From an uncultured delta proteobacterium (GTDB lineage Bacteria; Desulfobacterota; BSN033; UBA1163), in the NCBI GenBank assembly GCA_963708295.1, contig CAVPSJ010000004.1, positions 704,001 through 768,000 on the forward strand: a stretch of DNA of 64,000 nucleotides, given 5' to 3'. The notes below the pieces were generated by a model. It did not search any database. It was not told where the DNA came from and saw nothing but the letters and a program-made list of their open reading frames with translations. Each line of letters starts with the position of its first letter. Position 1 is the stretch's first letter. Of this stretch, positions 27,860 through 41,061 are shown one piece after another. Both the position numbers and the translations under genes were made by a program.

Positions 27860-29602
27860 TCACATCTTCTTATTCAAATAGTATTGATGGGCAATGGATA
27901 AAACATTATTGATCAACCAATACAAAACCAGACCCGAAGGAAAGCTGAGAAAGAGAAAGGTGAACATCACCGGCATCAGCAAGAACATCTTGGCCTGCGC
28001 CGGATCACCCGCCGTAGGGGTCATCTTTTGCTGGATGAACATGGTCGCACCCATGATGATTGGTGTGACATAGATAGGATCTTTTGCCGAAAGATCCAAA
28101 ATCCAAAGAAAGAAGGGAGCGTGCCTCATTTCAATCCCATTCTGAAGGGCGTTATAAAGGGCAATAAATACAGGAATTTGGATGAGCATGGGCAGACAGC
28201 CGCTCATGGGGTTGATCTTTCTCCTTTTGTAAAGGAGCATGATCTCTTGCTGCAACCTCGCCTTATCGTTCTTGTACTGCTCCTTGAGCCGATTCATCTC
28301 CGGCTGCACCCTCTGCATTTCCTTCATGGACTTGAAGCTGATCTGTGTCAGGGGCAAAAAGATGATCTTGATAAGAATGCTGATAACGATGATATCAATC
28401 CCATAATTTCCCGTAACCTTATGGGTAAACCTGATGAACCAAAGGAGAGGTTTGGCAACGATCGTAAAGTACCCAAAATCTACCAACTTTTCCGCGCCAA
28501 CGCCCAATGCTTTCAGCCGGTCCTCATCCTTGGGGCCCAAGTAGACCTGGTAAGCAATGTTCGCTTTCTCTCTGGGTGAAACGGAAAAACGGGGAACAAG
28601 GACCTCTGCCTTCAGCGGGTCCTTTTCAGACCCTTTTACTGACAGGGTGATCTCTTTTGACTGCGAAGGGGCTAAGAGGGCGGCAAAATACTCCCCTTCA
28701 AAAGAAAACCATTTGATATCACCTTTCTCCGTAACTTCGAAAGGCTCGACGCTTGTCTTCTGGGTTCCGCAACTCGGGACGCAGCCCGAGGAGGATGCTC
28801 CCCCGAAGACCTTGTTCTCCACCTTCTGATTCCTCAGGAAGGCATATTTCAAACCAAAGTCCTTGTTATCCTCTTTCGCCAGTTTTGCTAATTCAATTTC
28901 TCCAATCCATTCAAGCCCCAACTGACCGGTGATTTCCTTCGAGGAGTTATTTTGAACCTCCACCTCCACATTGATGGTGTATTGATCAGACGTAAACTTC
29001 AAACGCTTCAATATTCTCAACCCGTTCTCAAGCTGTTTCGAAAAAACGATTTCACCTTTTTCGCTATCCTGCACCAAACGGAGTTGGTCTTTATCAACCT
29101 CCCAATTCTCTTCGACAGGTAAGCTGGCGCCGTTAAGGGTTAGCCCTAACGGAAGGTTCTTATTCTCCCTGGTATTGACGAGGTCGAGAGGTTCCGGCTT
29201 CTTGGCTTGTTCAACTTTCTTACCAAGAACCTCGTCAACAAGTTGGGTCAACTTTATTGCCAGGGCAGATTGATTCACTCTGTCTTGGTATTTCTTAAGC
29301 CTGAAATGCTTTAATCTCGCATCCCCGGACGTGAAGACTGCCCAATAATTCTGGGTCTCAACGGAAACTTCCTTAGGGGGAACCACCTTTGGCTTTATGG
29401 AAGTCTTTCCTTCCTTTAAAGGCTTTGGTTCTATTATTTCTGCTTTCTTTTCAGATACCTTTTCCTGAGAGGATCCCTGTTCTTTCTGTACTTCCTGCGG
29501 TTGCGTCTTGGTCGGTTGGGGAAAGAACGTTGATTGGATAAGGCTCCAAGCGATAATTACTAAAAATGTCAATAATATTGCATAAATAGCTCTTTTTTCC
29601 AT
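27860..29602 (-). CDS. yidC: Membrane protein insertase YidC
   Basis: VDFG.F, GNYG, INPMSGCLPMLIQIPVF, GLVLYW. Confidence 0.96.
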   Translation of the reverse strand: MEKRAIYAILLTFLVIIAWSLIQSTFFPQPTKTQPQEVQKEQGSSQEKVSEKKAEIIEPKPLKEGKTSIKPKVVPPKEVSVETQNYWAVFTSGDARLKHFRLKKYQDRVNQSALAIKLTQLVDEVLGKKVEQAKKPEPLDLVNTRENKNLPLGLTLNGASLPVEENWEVDKDQLRLVQDSEKGEIVFSKQLENGLRILKRLKFTSDQYTINVEVEVQNNSSKEITGQLGLEWIGEIELAKLAKEDNKDFGLKYAFLRNQKVENKVFGGASSSGCVPSCGTQKTSVEPFEVTEKGDIKWFSFEGEYFAALLAPSQSKEITLSVKGSEKDPLKAEVLVPRFSVSPREKANIAYQVYLGPKDEDRLKALGVGAEKLVDFGYFTIVAKPLLWFIRFTHKVTGNYGIDIIVISILIKIIFLPLTQISFKSMKEMQRVQPEMNRLKEQYKNDKARLQQEIMLLYKRRKINPMSGCLPMLIQIPVFIALYNALQNGIEMRHAPFFLWILDLSAKDPIYVTPIIMGATMFIQQKMTPTAGDPAQAKMFLLMPVMFTFLFLSFPSGLVLYWLINNVLSIAHQYYLNKKM

Positions 29603-29623
29603 GTAATCCTTATCCTAAAACTC

Positions 29624-29878
29624 CTAGTATTTTTCGATTATTTCGGGGACCGGATCGTGTCCGCCTGGATGGAAGGGGTGGCACTTGATAAGTCTTCTGA
29701 ATGCAAGCCGGGTTCCCTCTGCGATTCCGAAGCGCTGGATTGCCGCCACGGCATAAGAAGAACAGGAAGGAGTGAAACGACAGCAAGGACCAAGGAGGAG
29801 CGAAGCCGAATGCTGATAGAGATGGATCAGAATTATAATCGTTTCTTTGATCCACCCGTGGATTGTTCTCCTTTTCAT
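29624..29878 (-). CDS. yidD: Membrane protein insertion efficiency factor YidD
   Basis: CRFTPSCSSYA, RLIKCHPFHPGGHDPVP. Confidence 0.93.
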   Translation of the reverse strand: MKRRTIHGWIKETIIILIHLYQHSASLLLGPCCRFTPSCSSYAVAAIQRFGIAEGTRLAFRRLIKCHPFHPGGHDPVPEIIEKY

Positions 29879-30225
29879 AAAATAAAGAGTCCTCTTAATT
29901 CTTTTTCTGCCTCCTGATATCGATCGAATGAACATCCCCTTTTAATCATCAGAATAACATCATAAGAGCCTTTCATTTCATGCTTATGTAGCCGAAAAAA
30001 CTCCCGGATGTAACGTTTCATTCGATTCCGAAATGCTGCCGGCCCGATCTCCTTTTTTACCACAATCCCTAAACGGTGAAACGTCTTCTCACTCTCTTGG
30101 ATAAAAAGCTTAAAGTTACGAGAGGACCGTCTCCTCCCCGATCTCATTACCTTCCTGAAGTCCTGGGGTTCCGTAATCCGCTCTTTTTTCCTAAGCCTAA
30201 AGGACCCTTTCACAGCGATCCTCAT
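29875..30225 (-). CDS. rnpA: Ribonuclease P protein component
   Basis: RLGIVVKKEIG.AAFRNRMKRYIREFFR (RNR motif); start approximate. Confidence 0.9.
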   Translation of the reverse strand: MRIAVKGSFRLRKKERITEPQDFRKVMRSGRRRSSRNFKLFIQESEKTFHRLGIVVKKEIGPAAFRNRMKRYIREFFRLHKHEMKGSYDVILMIKRGCSFDRYQEAEKELRGLFIL

Positions 30226-30276
30226 CGTTACCTGACTACTGAAGGCATTTCCTTCCGGCACCCTCGAACCCAGTCT

Positions 30277-30411
30277 CTAAACGGTCAGCCTCTTCCTCCC
30301 CTTCATTCGCCTCCGTTTTAGAACATTTCGGCCGCTCTTGGTGCTCATCCTCTCCAGGAACCCATGCGTCCTTTTCCGTCTGACATTGCTGGGTTGATAT
30401 GTTCTCTTCAT
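30277..30411 (-). CDS. rpmH: 50S ribosomal protein L34 (not in the ORF track)
   Basis: [44 protein letters not shown]. Confidence 0.97.
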   Translation of the reverse strand: MKRTYQPSNVRRKRTHGFLERMSTKSGRNVLKRRRMKGRKRLTV

Positions 30412-30577
30412 CGAATCCCTCTCTATTTAGGGTGGCTTGTTTTTTGAAATGATTAAACTTTTAATTTAAACCATATTTATGACCTATTGTCAAGATGAAC
30501 GCTTAATTTTGTTGACAGAAGAGGGCCTTTTATATTAAGTTTTTCAATAAAATTGAAGCATTGTTTTGGGAGCCTCC

Positions 30578-33004
30578 ATGAGCGTTCTTCAAGAGAACAT
30601 TCCTGTCAACATCGAAGATGAGATGAAAAAGTCCTACATGGACTATGCCATGAGCGTCATCATCGGCCGCGCTCTTCCCGATGTCAGGGATGGTCTTAAA
30701 CCCGTTCATCGCCGTGTTCTTTACGCCATGAATGAGCTCAGCAACGATTGGGACAAACCCTATAAGAAATCCGCCAGAATCGTCGGGGATGTCATGGGTA
30801 AATATCATCCCCATGGGGATATGGCAATCTATGATGCTATTGTCAGAATGGCGCAGGATTTCTCTCTCCGTTATCCGCTGATCGATGGTCAAGGGAATTT
30901 TGGCTCCATTGATGGAGATCCACCTGCGGCCATGAGATATACCGAGATCAGAATGGCCAAGATTGCCGCCGAGCTGCTGGCGGATATCGATAAGGAAACC
31001 GTTGATTTTGTCCCGAATTACGACGACACTTCCGTCGAACCTTCGGTGCTTCCATCCAAATTCCCGAACCTCATCGTCAATGGTTCTTCTGGAATTGCTG
31101 TGGGGATGGCAACCAACATCCCCCCCCACAATCTGGCGGAAACCATTAATGCTCTGATTGCCCTGATCGAAACCCCCGAGATCTCACTCGCGGAATTGAT
31201 GGATCACCTTCCCGGACCTGACTTCCCCACAGGGGCTTTCATCTACGGCAGAGAGGGAATTCGCCAGGCTTATGAAACCGGGAAGGGCGTGATCCAACTT
31301 CGAGCCAGAGCGCTCATCGAGAGAGATCGGAAAGGAGAACGTGAAAACATTGTTATCACCGAACTTCCCTATCAAACCAATAAGGCCAAGCTCATCGAAA
31401 AAATCGCTGAATTGGTTCGAGAGAAGGTGATCGAGGGGATTGCCACTATTCGGGACGAATCGGATAGGGAAGGGATGAGGGTGGTCGTCGAGCTGAAACG
31501 CAACGAGGTGGCCGAGGTTATCCTCAATCAACTTTATAAACATACTCAGATGCAGACCTCTTTCGGCATCATCCTCCTTGCCATCCATCAGAATCAGCCA
31601 AAACTTCTCCCCCTCAAAGAGATGCTCCGTCTCTTTATTCAACATCGTCAAGAAGTCGTCATCAGACGGTCCCGTTTTGATTTAAATAAAGCAGAGGCGA
31701 GGGCTCATATCCTGGAAGGCTTAAAGAAGGCCATTGAACACATCGACGCCATCATCGCCACAATTAAAGCCTCCAAAACTCCCAAGGAGGCGAAGGACCG
31801 CTTGATAGAAAAGTTCGCCTTTTCGGATGTGCAGGCCCAGGCGATCTTAGAGATGAGGCTCCAACGACTCACCAACCTCGAACAACGCAAAATTGTGGAC
31901 GAGTATGAAGAGACCATCAAGTTGATTAATCGGCTGAAGGCCCTCCTTGCCAGCGAACGATTGATTCTCAATGTAATCAGGGAGGAACTTATCTCTATTC
32001 GAGATGCCTTTGGAGATGAAAGGAAAACGGAAATTGTGGAGGCTGCCCCAGAAATTCGGGTCGAAGACCTCATCGCCGAAGAGGATATGGTGGTGACGAT
32101 CACGCATACGGGATATATCAAGAGAAATCCCATCAGCCTCTACCGGAGTCAGCATCGCGGCGGGAAGGGAAAGATGGGGATGAACGTCAAGGAGGAGGAT
32201 TTTGTAGAAGACCTTTTTATCGCTTCCACTCACGACTATGTCTTATTCTTCACCGACGCCGGGAAGATCCACTGGATGAAGGTTCACGAACTTCCCCAGG
32301 CTGGCCGAATCACACGCGGGAAGGCGATTGTCAATCTCCTCAATCTCAGCCCCGACGAGAAGGCGACCACCATCCTATCCCTGAAGGATTTTGCGAAGGA
32401 GAAGTTCATTACCTTTATGACCAGAAGGGGGACGATCAAGAAAACCGCCCTTGAAGCATACAGTAATCCCCGATCCGGGGGGATTATCGCCATTCACCTC
32501 GACGATGAGGACGAGCTCATCTCCACAAAACTGACCGATGGAAAACAATTTCTTTTTATCGGCACCAAAATGGGAAAGGCTATCCACTTTCCCGAAAACC
32601 AGATCAGAGAAATGGGTCGAACCGCTCGCGGGATCAGAGGCATCAAGATATCTAAAGAAGATGAAGTGGTCGGTATGGAGGTGGTCGCGCCTCATACTCA
32701 GATCCTAACGGTCACGGCGAACGGTTATGGAAAGCGGACCCAGGCCTCAGAATATCGGACTCAGAATAGGGGAGGGTCCGGCATTTTTACAGTAAAGAGA
32801 ACGCAAAAGACAGGAGATGTGATCGGGATTAAGACCGTAGGGGACGAAGATGAATTAATGCTCATTTCCGACAAGGGGAAGATTATCCGCCTGAGAGCTC
32901 TGGATATCCCCGTTCAGGGAAGAAGCACGCAAGGCGTAAGACTGATCACCCTTGAAGAGGGGGAGCGGGTGGTCGGTGTTGCAAAGCTGGCAGAGAAAGA
33001 ATAG
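30578..33004 (+). CDS. gyrA: DNA gyrase subunit A
   Basis: [22 protein letters not shown], GyrA-box QHRGGKG, C-terminal blade repeats. Confidence 0.98.
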   Translation: MSVLQENIPVNIEDEMKKSYMDYAMSVIIGRALPDVRDGLKPVHRRVLYAMNELSNDWDKPYKKSARIVGDVMGKYHPHGDMAIYDAIVRMAQDFSLRYPLIDGQGNFGSIDGDPPAAMRYTEIRMAKIAAELLADIDKETVDFVPNYDDTSVEPSVLPSKFPNLIVNGSSGIAVGMATNIPPHNLAETINALIALIETPEISLAELMDHLPGPDFPTGAFIYGREGIRQAYETGKGVIQLRARALIERDRKGERENIVITELPYQTNKAKLIEKIAELVREKVIEGIATIRDESDREGMRVVVELKRNEVAEVILNQLYKHTQMQTSFGIILLAIHQNQPKLLPLKEMLRLFIQHRQEVVIRRSRFDLNKAEARAHILEGLKKAIEHIDAIIATIKASKTPKEAKDRLIEKFAFSDVQAQAILEMRLQRLTNLEQRKIVDEYEETIKLINRLKALLASERLILNVIREELISIRDAFGDERKTEIVEAAPEIRVEDLIAEEDMVVTITHTGYIKRNPISLYRSQHRGGKGKMGMNVKEEDFVEDLFIASTHDYVLFFTDAGKIHWMKVHELPQAGRITRGKAIVNLLNLSPDEKATTILSLKDFAKEKFITFMTRRGTIKKTALEAYSNPRSGGIIAIHLDDEDELISTKLTDGKQFLFIGTKMGKAIHFPENQIREMGRTARGIRGIKISKEDEVVGMEVVAPHTQILTVTANGYGKRTQASEYRTQNRGGSGIFTVKRTQKTGDVIGIKTVGDEDELMLISDKGKIIRLRALDIPVQGRSTQGVRLITLEEGERVVGVAKLAEKE

Positions 33005-33144
33005 AACGAGTCCCTCCCAAAAGCTGCATCAAAAAAAGCATCAAAAAAAGCTTGATTTTTCTGAATAACGGGTTTAATATTAGTCACGTATGTTTTCAAA
33101 GCTTTAATCCTCAAAAATTTTCCCCTCTTTGTCTTTAATTTCAT

Positions 33145-33175
33145 TTATCCACAGTTGTGGAAACATTGTGCAAAG
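33145..33175. promoter_or_regulatory. DnaA-box cluster upstream of dnaA
   Basis: Perfect TTATCCACA at 33145, then inverted TGTGGAAAC and TGTGCAAAG. Confidence 0.8.
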
Positions 33176-33280
33176 AGATTTATAACTAATTGAAAATGAA
33201 AGTATTTTCTTTTCGGGGTTTGTCCTGCCAGCTCCATCTACACCCTTCGTCAAGCACTTCAAACCGTCAAGGTCGGTTCC

Positions 33281-34618
33281 ATGGATGATTTATGGATTAA
33301 GGTGACCGATGCCCTAAGGGAAAAAGTCGGTCAACAGAACTTCGATATTTGGATTAAACCCATTCACTTTATTTCCGGCGAAGGAGAAAAAGTTGAGTTG
33401 GAGGTCCCGAACCGATTTTTCAAAGAGTGGATTAACGAACACTATTCGGTTCATATCAAAGAGGCCTTTTCTCTCCTCACGCAAGCGCCCTGTCAACTTC
33501 AATTCCGAATCAGAAACGAAAAGCCGAACGGAAAAGACCCAACCCCTCAACCTTCGCAAGGTTATGAACAGCATTTTCCCCACCCCCCCCAACCGATCTT
33601 TAATCCAAAATACACCTTCGATCATTTTGTGGTGGGAGCGAGTAATCAGTTTGCTCACGCAGCCTGCCTGGCTGTCGCTGATTCACCCGCAAAAAATTAT
33701 AATCCCCTTTTTATTTATGGAGGAGTAGGATTGGGAAAGACCCATCTCCTCCACGCCATCGGAAACCACATCCTTCAGCATCGTATCCTTCCAGAACTTA
33801 GGAAGATTTGCTATATCTCCTCGGAAGAGTTTACCAACGAGTTAATCAACTCCCTACGCTACGAGAAGATGGATGAATTTCGTAATAAATTCAGAAGGAT
33901 GGACATTCTCCTGATCGACGACATCCAATTCATTGCAGGGAAGGAAAGAACTCAGGCCGAATTCTTCCATACCTTCAACTCCCTGTATGAAGCACGGAAG
34001 CAAATCGTTGTGACCAGCGATAAGTTTCCAAAGGACATTCCCAACTTTGAGGAACGCCTTCGATCTCGTTTTGAATGGGGTTTGATCGCTGACATTCAAC
34101 CCCCCGACACCGAAACGAAGGTCGCCATCTTAAGAAAAAAAGCTGAAATGGAAAATATCGCTCTTCCCAATGACGTCGCCTTTTTTCTTGCGTCTCAAAT
34201 TGATTCGAACGTCAGAATATTGGAAGGATCCCTGATTCGCATCGGTGCTTTTTCATCTCTCACCAAAACGCCGATCGACATCCAATTGGCCAAAGAAGTC
34301 TTGAAGAATATTATTAAACCAAAAGAGGAGTTCGTATCCATCGACCTCGTTCAAAAGGTCGTTTCTAACTTTTTTAACATTAAGATTTCAGACTTAAAGG
34401 TGAAACGAAAGTATAAGGGATATGTAGTTCCCAGACAGATCGCCATGTTTCTCTCACGAAAATTGACGAACTCATCGCTCCTTGAAATTGGAGATAAATT
34501 TGGTGGAAAAGATCATTCCACCGTTCTTCACTCAATCAAAAAAGTGGAAGAAAAGATGACCAAAGAAAACTCCTTTAAAGAAATGATCGAAAATCTGCGT
34601 GGCCGCATTAAATCCTAA
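33281..34618 (+). CDS. dnaA: Chromosomal replication initiator DnaA
   Basis: YNPLFIYGGVGLGKTHL, DDIQF, RLRSRFEWGL, GGKDHSTVLH. Confidence 0.99.
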   Translation: MDDLWIKVTDALREKVGQQNFDIWIKPIHFISGEGEKVELEVPNRFFKEWINEHYSVHIKEAFSLLTQAPCQLQFRIRNEKPNGKDPTPQPSQGYEQHFPHPPQPIFNPKYTFDHFVVGASNQFAHAACLAVADSPAKNYNPLFIYGGVGLGKTHLLHAIGNHILQHRILPELRKICYISSEEFTNELINSLRYEKMDEFRNKFRRMDILLIDDIQFIAGKERTQAEFFHTFNSLYEARKQIVVTSDKFPKDIPNFEERLRSRFEWGLIADIQPPDTETKVAILRKKAEMENIALPNDVAFFLASQIDSNVRILEGSLIRIGAFSSLTKTPIDIQLAKEVLKNIIKPKEEFVSIDLVQKVVSNFFNIKISDLKVKRKYKGYVVPRQIAMFLSRKLTNSSLLEIGDKFGGKDHSTVLHSIKKVEEKMTKENSFKEMIENLRGRIKS

Positions 34619-34847
34619 CCGCGAGGGTAGGGGAAATGGGGTTGAAATATTGTGAATGACTGGGGAGATTGCAATAGAGAGAGCCGACTTGTTGAGAATT
34701 CAACGGATTTCCAAAATTGCCGAGATGAATATTGAACAATGAAATCCTTTTTCTTTCTTTCCGTTTACAGTCTTTTTCCTCATTTCCACAGACATAGACG
34801 GCGAAGACGTATTTTAAAGATAAAGAATATTATTAGGAGGTAGACCC
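34619..34847. other. oriC: Probable oriC unwinding region (dnaA-dnaN intergenic)
   Basis: DnaA-box-like TGTGAATGA and ATTTCCACA, then period-3 GAC-like units and an AT-rich tract. Confidence 0.65.
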
Positions 34848-35981
34848 ATGTATTTTGAAATTGATAAGAGGGAATTCATCAAGGGGCTGGGCCTCATGCA
34901 GAGTGTCGCAGGAAGAAAAACAACCCTTCCCATCCTATCGCATATTTTACTGGAGTGGGAGAAAAACTCCCTCTATCTTACAGGAACAGATCTCGAAACA
35001 GGAATCCGCGAGGAATTGATTTCGAAAATTCATCAGAAGGGAAAGGCCTCTGTTTCAGCAAAAAAATTGTATGAGATTGTAAGGGAATTACCCGAAGAAA
35101 CCATCCATATACGGAAAAAAGATAATCAATGGATTACCCTCCAATGTGGAAGATCGACTTTTAATCTTGCCGGGTTAGACCCGGAGGAATTTCCTTCCCT
35201 TCCTGCCTACCAAGACGAAAATTTTTCCGCTGTCTCCACTGGGCTCATTCGAGAGATGATAGAAAAAACGGTTTTTGCTGCCTCGAATGAGGAATCTCGA
35301 TACCACCTGAACGGGCTTCTATTTGCACAGGCGAAACAAGGAGGAGACGAAATGCTGAGAATGGTCGCTACGGATGGTCATCGTCTTTCTCTGGTCGATC
35401 GACAGAACAAGAAAATCTTCGGCATTGATGAAAAGGGGATTATCATGCCCAAGAAAGGGATTTTGGAGGTTAAGAAAATCATCGGAGATCGAGGCGGAGA
35501 ACAGGAGATGGAAATCTATTTTAATTCTACCCATGGTTTTTTTAAATTGGGAAAATCTCTTACGGTTATCCGGTTGATCGAAGGTGAGTTTCCAGAGTAC
35601 GAACAAGTGATTCCAAAGGGGAATGATAAAAAATTAGTCTTGAAAAAAGAGAGAATCGTCAGCAGTTTGAAGCGAGTTTCTACGATGGCCAACGAACGAA
35701 TGGAGGGTGTAAAGTTTTCTCTCAAAACCAATTCGGTAGAGATGTCCTCCACCCATCAAGACTTTGGGGATGCCCAGGAAGAGGTCGAGGTGGTCTACGA
35801 TGGACCTCCTCTTCAGGTTGGATTCAACGCCAGGTATTTAATAGAGGCTCTGAATGTGATCGAGGCAGAGGACGTCCTCATGGAATTGAAGGATGAGGGA
35901 AGCCCTGGGATACTCAAACCTTCGTCTTCGACGGCCGGGGTCTCGAACCAAATTTCAATCATCATGCCGATGAGGCTTTAG
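34848..35981 (+). CDS. dnaN: DNA polymerase III beta clamp
   Basis: TLPILS, GTDLE, VATDGHRL, RLIEGEFPEY, GFNARY, IIMPMRL. Confidence 0.98.
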   Translation: MYFEIDKREFIKGLGLMQSVAGRKTTLPILSHILLEWEKNSLYLTGTDLETGIREELISKIHQKGKASVSAKKLYEIVRELPEETIHIRKKDNQWITLQCGRSTFNLAGLDPEEFPSLPAYQDENFSAVSTGLIREMIEKTVFAASNEESRYHLNGLLFAQAKQGGDEMLRMVATDGHRLSLVDRQNKKIFGIDEKGIIMPKKGILEVKKIIGDRGGEQEMEIYFNSTHGFFKLGKSLTVIRLIEGEFPEYEQVIPKGNDKKLVLKKERIVSSLKRVSTMANERMEGVKFSLKTNSVEMSSTHQDFGDAQEEVEVVYDGPPLQVGFNARYLIEALNVIEAEDVLMELKDEGSPGILKPSSSTAGVSNQISIIMPMRL

Positions 35982-36066
35982 ATCGCATCGTGTGCGTGAA
36001 AGGGGAGGGTGTTCGTTTAAAAGAATTCTTCCCTTATCATAAGCACCCCGGCGCTTGCTTCGTTAA

Positions 36067-38469
<2,403 letters not shown>

Positions 38470-38484
38470 GAGACTCCAGGGAGA

Positions 38485-39147
38485 ATGCTCATCGTCGGAT
38501 TGACGGGAGGAGTGGCCAGCGGAAAGACGACGGCCTCCCAGATCTTGAAAGAAGAGGGGGCTTATCGGATCGATGCAGACCAGATCGCCAGAGAGCTGGT
38601 TCGACCCCACACACCCGCCTGGAAAAGTTTAGTCAGGGTATTTGGCACGGGCATCCTTCGAAAAGACGGGTTCATCCATCGAAAAAAGTTGGCGGATAAA
38701 GTCTTTGCGAATCTTCGCCAGAGGAAACTACTCAATCAGATCCTCCATCCTCGAATCAGAAAGGAGATGGAGCGAAGAGCCAAGGAGATCGGAAAAAAAG
38801 ATCTTGGGGCCATTGTGGTGATTGATGCACCACTCCTGGTGGAGCTCAGGGAGCATCGTCGGATGGATCGAGTGATTGTGGTCACTTCCACTCAAACCCG
38901 GCAAATGGAAAGGCTAAAGAAAAGGGATGGGATAAGTACGGAGGGGGCGCTCAGGATCTTCTCTTCCCAGATGCCTGTGAAGGACAAGGTAAGATTCGCA
39001 GACTTCGTCATTCGAAATGATGGGTCTTTCCAGGAATTGAAGAAAAAGACAAGGGAAGTTTTTAGAGAGTTAAGAAAGGCCCGGATTCGGACAAAAAAAG
39101 GACGCGAAGGCACAGGGCCCGATTGCGGTAACCGCACCGTCCGTTGA
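38485..39147 (+). CDS. coaE: Dephospho-CoA kinase
   Basis: VGLTGGVASGKTT, IDADQIAR, DAPLLVE. Confidence 0.93.
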   Translation: MLIVGLTGGVASGKTTASQILKEEGAYRIDADQIARELVRPHTPAWKSLVRVFGTGILRKDGFIHRKKLADKVFANLRQRKLLNQILHPRIRKEMERRAKEIGKKDLGAIVVIDAPLLVELREHRRMDRVIVVTSTQTRQMERLKKRDGISTEGALRIFSSQMPVKDKVRFADFVIRNDGSFQELKKKTREVFRELRKARIRTKKGREGTGPDCGNRTVR

Positions 39148-39230
39148 ATCGGATCGGGTGCGCTGGTATCTGCAGGGGCTGAGATGACGAAGCGCGTTAC
39201 CTGCACAAGGGGAGGACAAAGGAAAAAGCT

Positions 39231-40485
39231 ATGAACATCAAAGATTTGAAAAAGTTAAAGATCAACGAATTATACAAGATTGCCAAGGAGCTCAATGTCG
39301 AAGGGGCGAGCGGAATGAGAAAGCAGGAATTGATCTTTGCTATTCTTCAAGCCCAGACAGAAAAAAATGGCTTGATCTTTGGGGAGGGTGTGCTGGAAAT
39401 CTTGCCCGATGGGTTTGGATTTCTGAGAGCCCCTGATTACAATTATCTGCCTGGCCCAGATGACATTTATATCTCCCCATCCCAGATCCGCCGATTCAAC
39501 CTTCGAACGGGCGATACGGTTTCGGGTCAGATTCGACCCCCGAAGGATACCGAGCGTTACTTTGCCATGTTGAAAGTGGAATTGGTCAACTATGAAGACC
39601 CGGAGGTGGCTCGGGACAAAATCCTCTTCGATAACCTGACTCCCCTCTATCCGCAGGAGAAGATCCATTTAGAGGCGGCCAACGATTCCAAGAATTACTC
39701 TGCCCGGGTGATGAACCTTCTTACGCCTATTGGAAAGGGGCAGCGAGGGCTGATCGTCGCCGCGCCAAGGACCGGTAAGACCATGCTTCTCCAGGCGATC
39801 GCCCATAGCATTACCGCTAACCATAAAGAGATCACCTTGATCGTCCTCCTCATTGACGAACGGCCCGAAGAGGTGACGGATATGGAACGGTCTGTCGATG
39901 CAGAGGTCATCAGTTCGACGTTTGACGAGCCAGCTTCCCGCCATGTTCAGGTGGCGGAGATGGTGATCGAGAAGGCGAAGCGATTGGTGGAACATCAAAA
40001 GGATGTCGTCATTCTTCTGGATAGCATCACCCGTCTTGCCCGGGCTTACAATACGGTTGTCCCGCCCAGCGGGAAGGTTCTCTCCGGAGGGATTGATGCC
40101 AATGCCCTTCAACGGCCGAAGCGGTTTTTCGGTGCGGCCAGAAACATCGAGGAGGGCGGAAGCCTTAACCATTATTGGCACCGCCTTGGTCGACACAGGG
40201 AGCCGCATGGATGAGGTGATTTTCGAAGAGTTCAAAGGGACAGGAAATATGGAGATCAACTTAGATCGGCGCTTGGTCGACCGGAGGGTCTTTCCGTCCA
40301 TCGATATTCAACGCTCTGGTACCCGAAAAGAAGAACTGCTCCTCGATCGGAGCGATATCAACCGCATCTGGCTTTTGAGAAAGGTGCTTCAGCCCATGAA
40401 CACGGTGGAGAGCATGGAGTTTCTTTTGGAGAAGATGCAAGCCACCAAGAACAATCGGGAATTCCTTGATTCCATGAATCAATAG
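39231..40485 (+). CDS. rho: Transcription termination factor Rho (one apparent indel near 40166)
   Basis: [24 protein letters not shown], then [28 protein letters not shown] in the next frame. Confidence 0.96.
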
Positions 40486-40572
40486 CGGGATGAGTGTTAA
40501 AGCCAGGTCCATTTCAAAAAATAGTTGAAAATTCATCGAAAATCAGTAAAATAGAGGTTTGGAGGCCAAGAG

Positions 40573-40788
40573 ATGAAGAAAGAGATACATCCCAAGGTTT
40601 TTGACACGGTGATCAAATGTGCCTGCGGCGCAACGTTCGAGACGAAGAGCACGGAAAAGGAGATCCATGTAGAAATCTGCTCAAACTGTCATCCTTTTTT
40701 CACGGGGAAACAGAAATTCCTGGATACCGCAGGAAGAATTGAACGGTTTCAGAAAAAATATGCAAAGAAAGAAACTCAGAAGGAATAA
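40573..40788 (+). CDS. rpmE: 50S ribosomal protein L31 (zinc-binding type)
   Basis: [21 protein letters not shown]. Confidence 0.97.
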   Translation: MKKEIHPKVFDTVIKCACGATFETKSTEKEIHVEICSNCHPFFTGKQKFLDTAGRIERFQKKYAKKETQKE

Positions 40789-41061
40789 TCCAGACTTCAA
40801 AATTCATGACGATCCATCCCAATCCATCAATCTCGGACGACCTTTCCTCTTTGGGGCCGAGGATTCATCCTTTCCTTTTGTCTTTTTTCCTGTCGAATTT
40901 TTTATAGACCTCCAGCATTAGTTTTGTCTGTCGTGAAGAAAAGCCTTTTGCGGAGAACGGACGTTTTGGTCTATCTCTGAAAGGTTTATATTGTTTGCTT
41001 CAATCAAGAAAAGGCTGATTTTGGCCGGGTTTATAACATAGGGTTCCAGGGGAGGTTCTAA

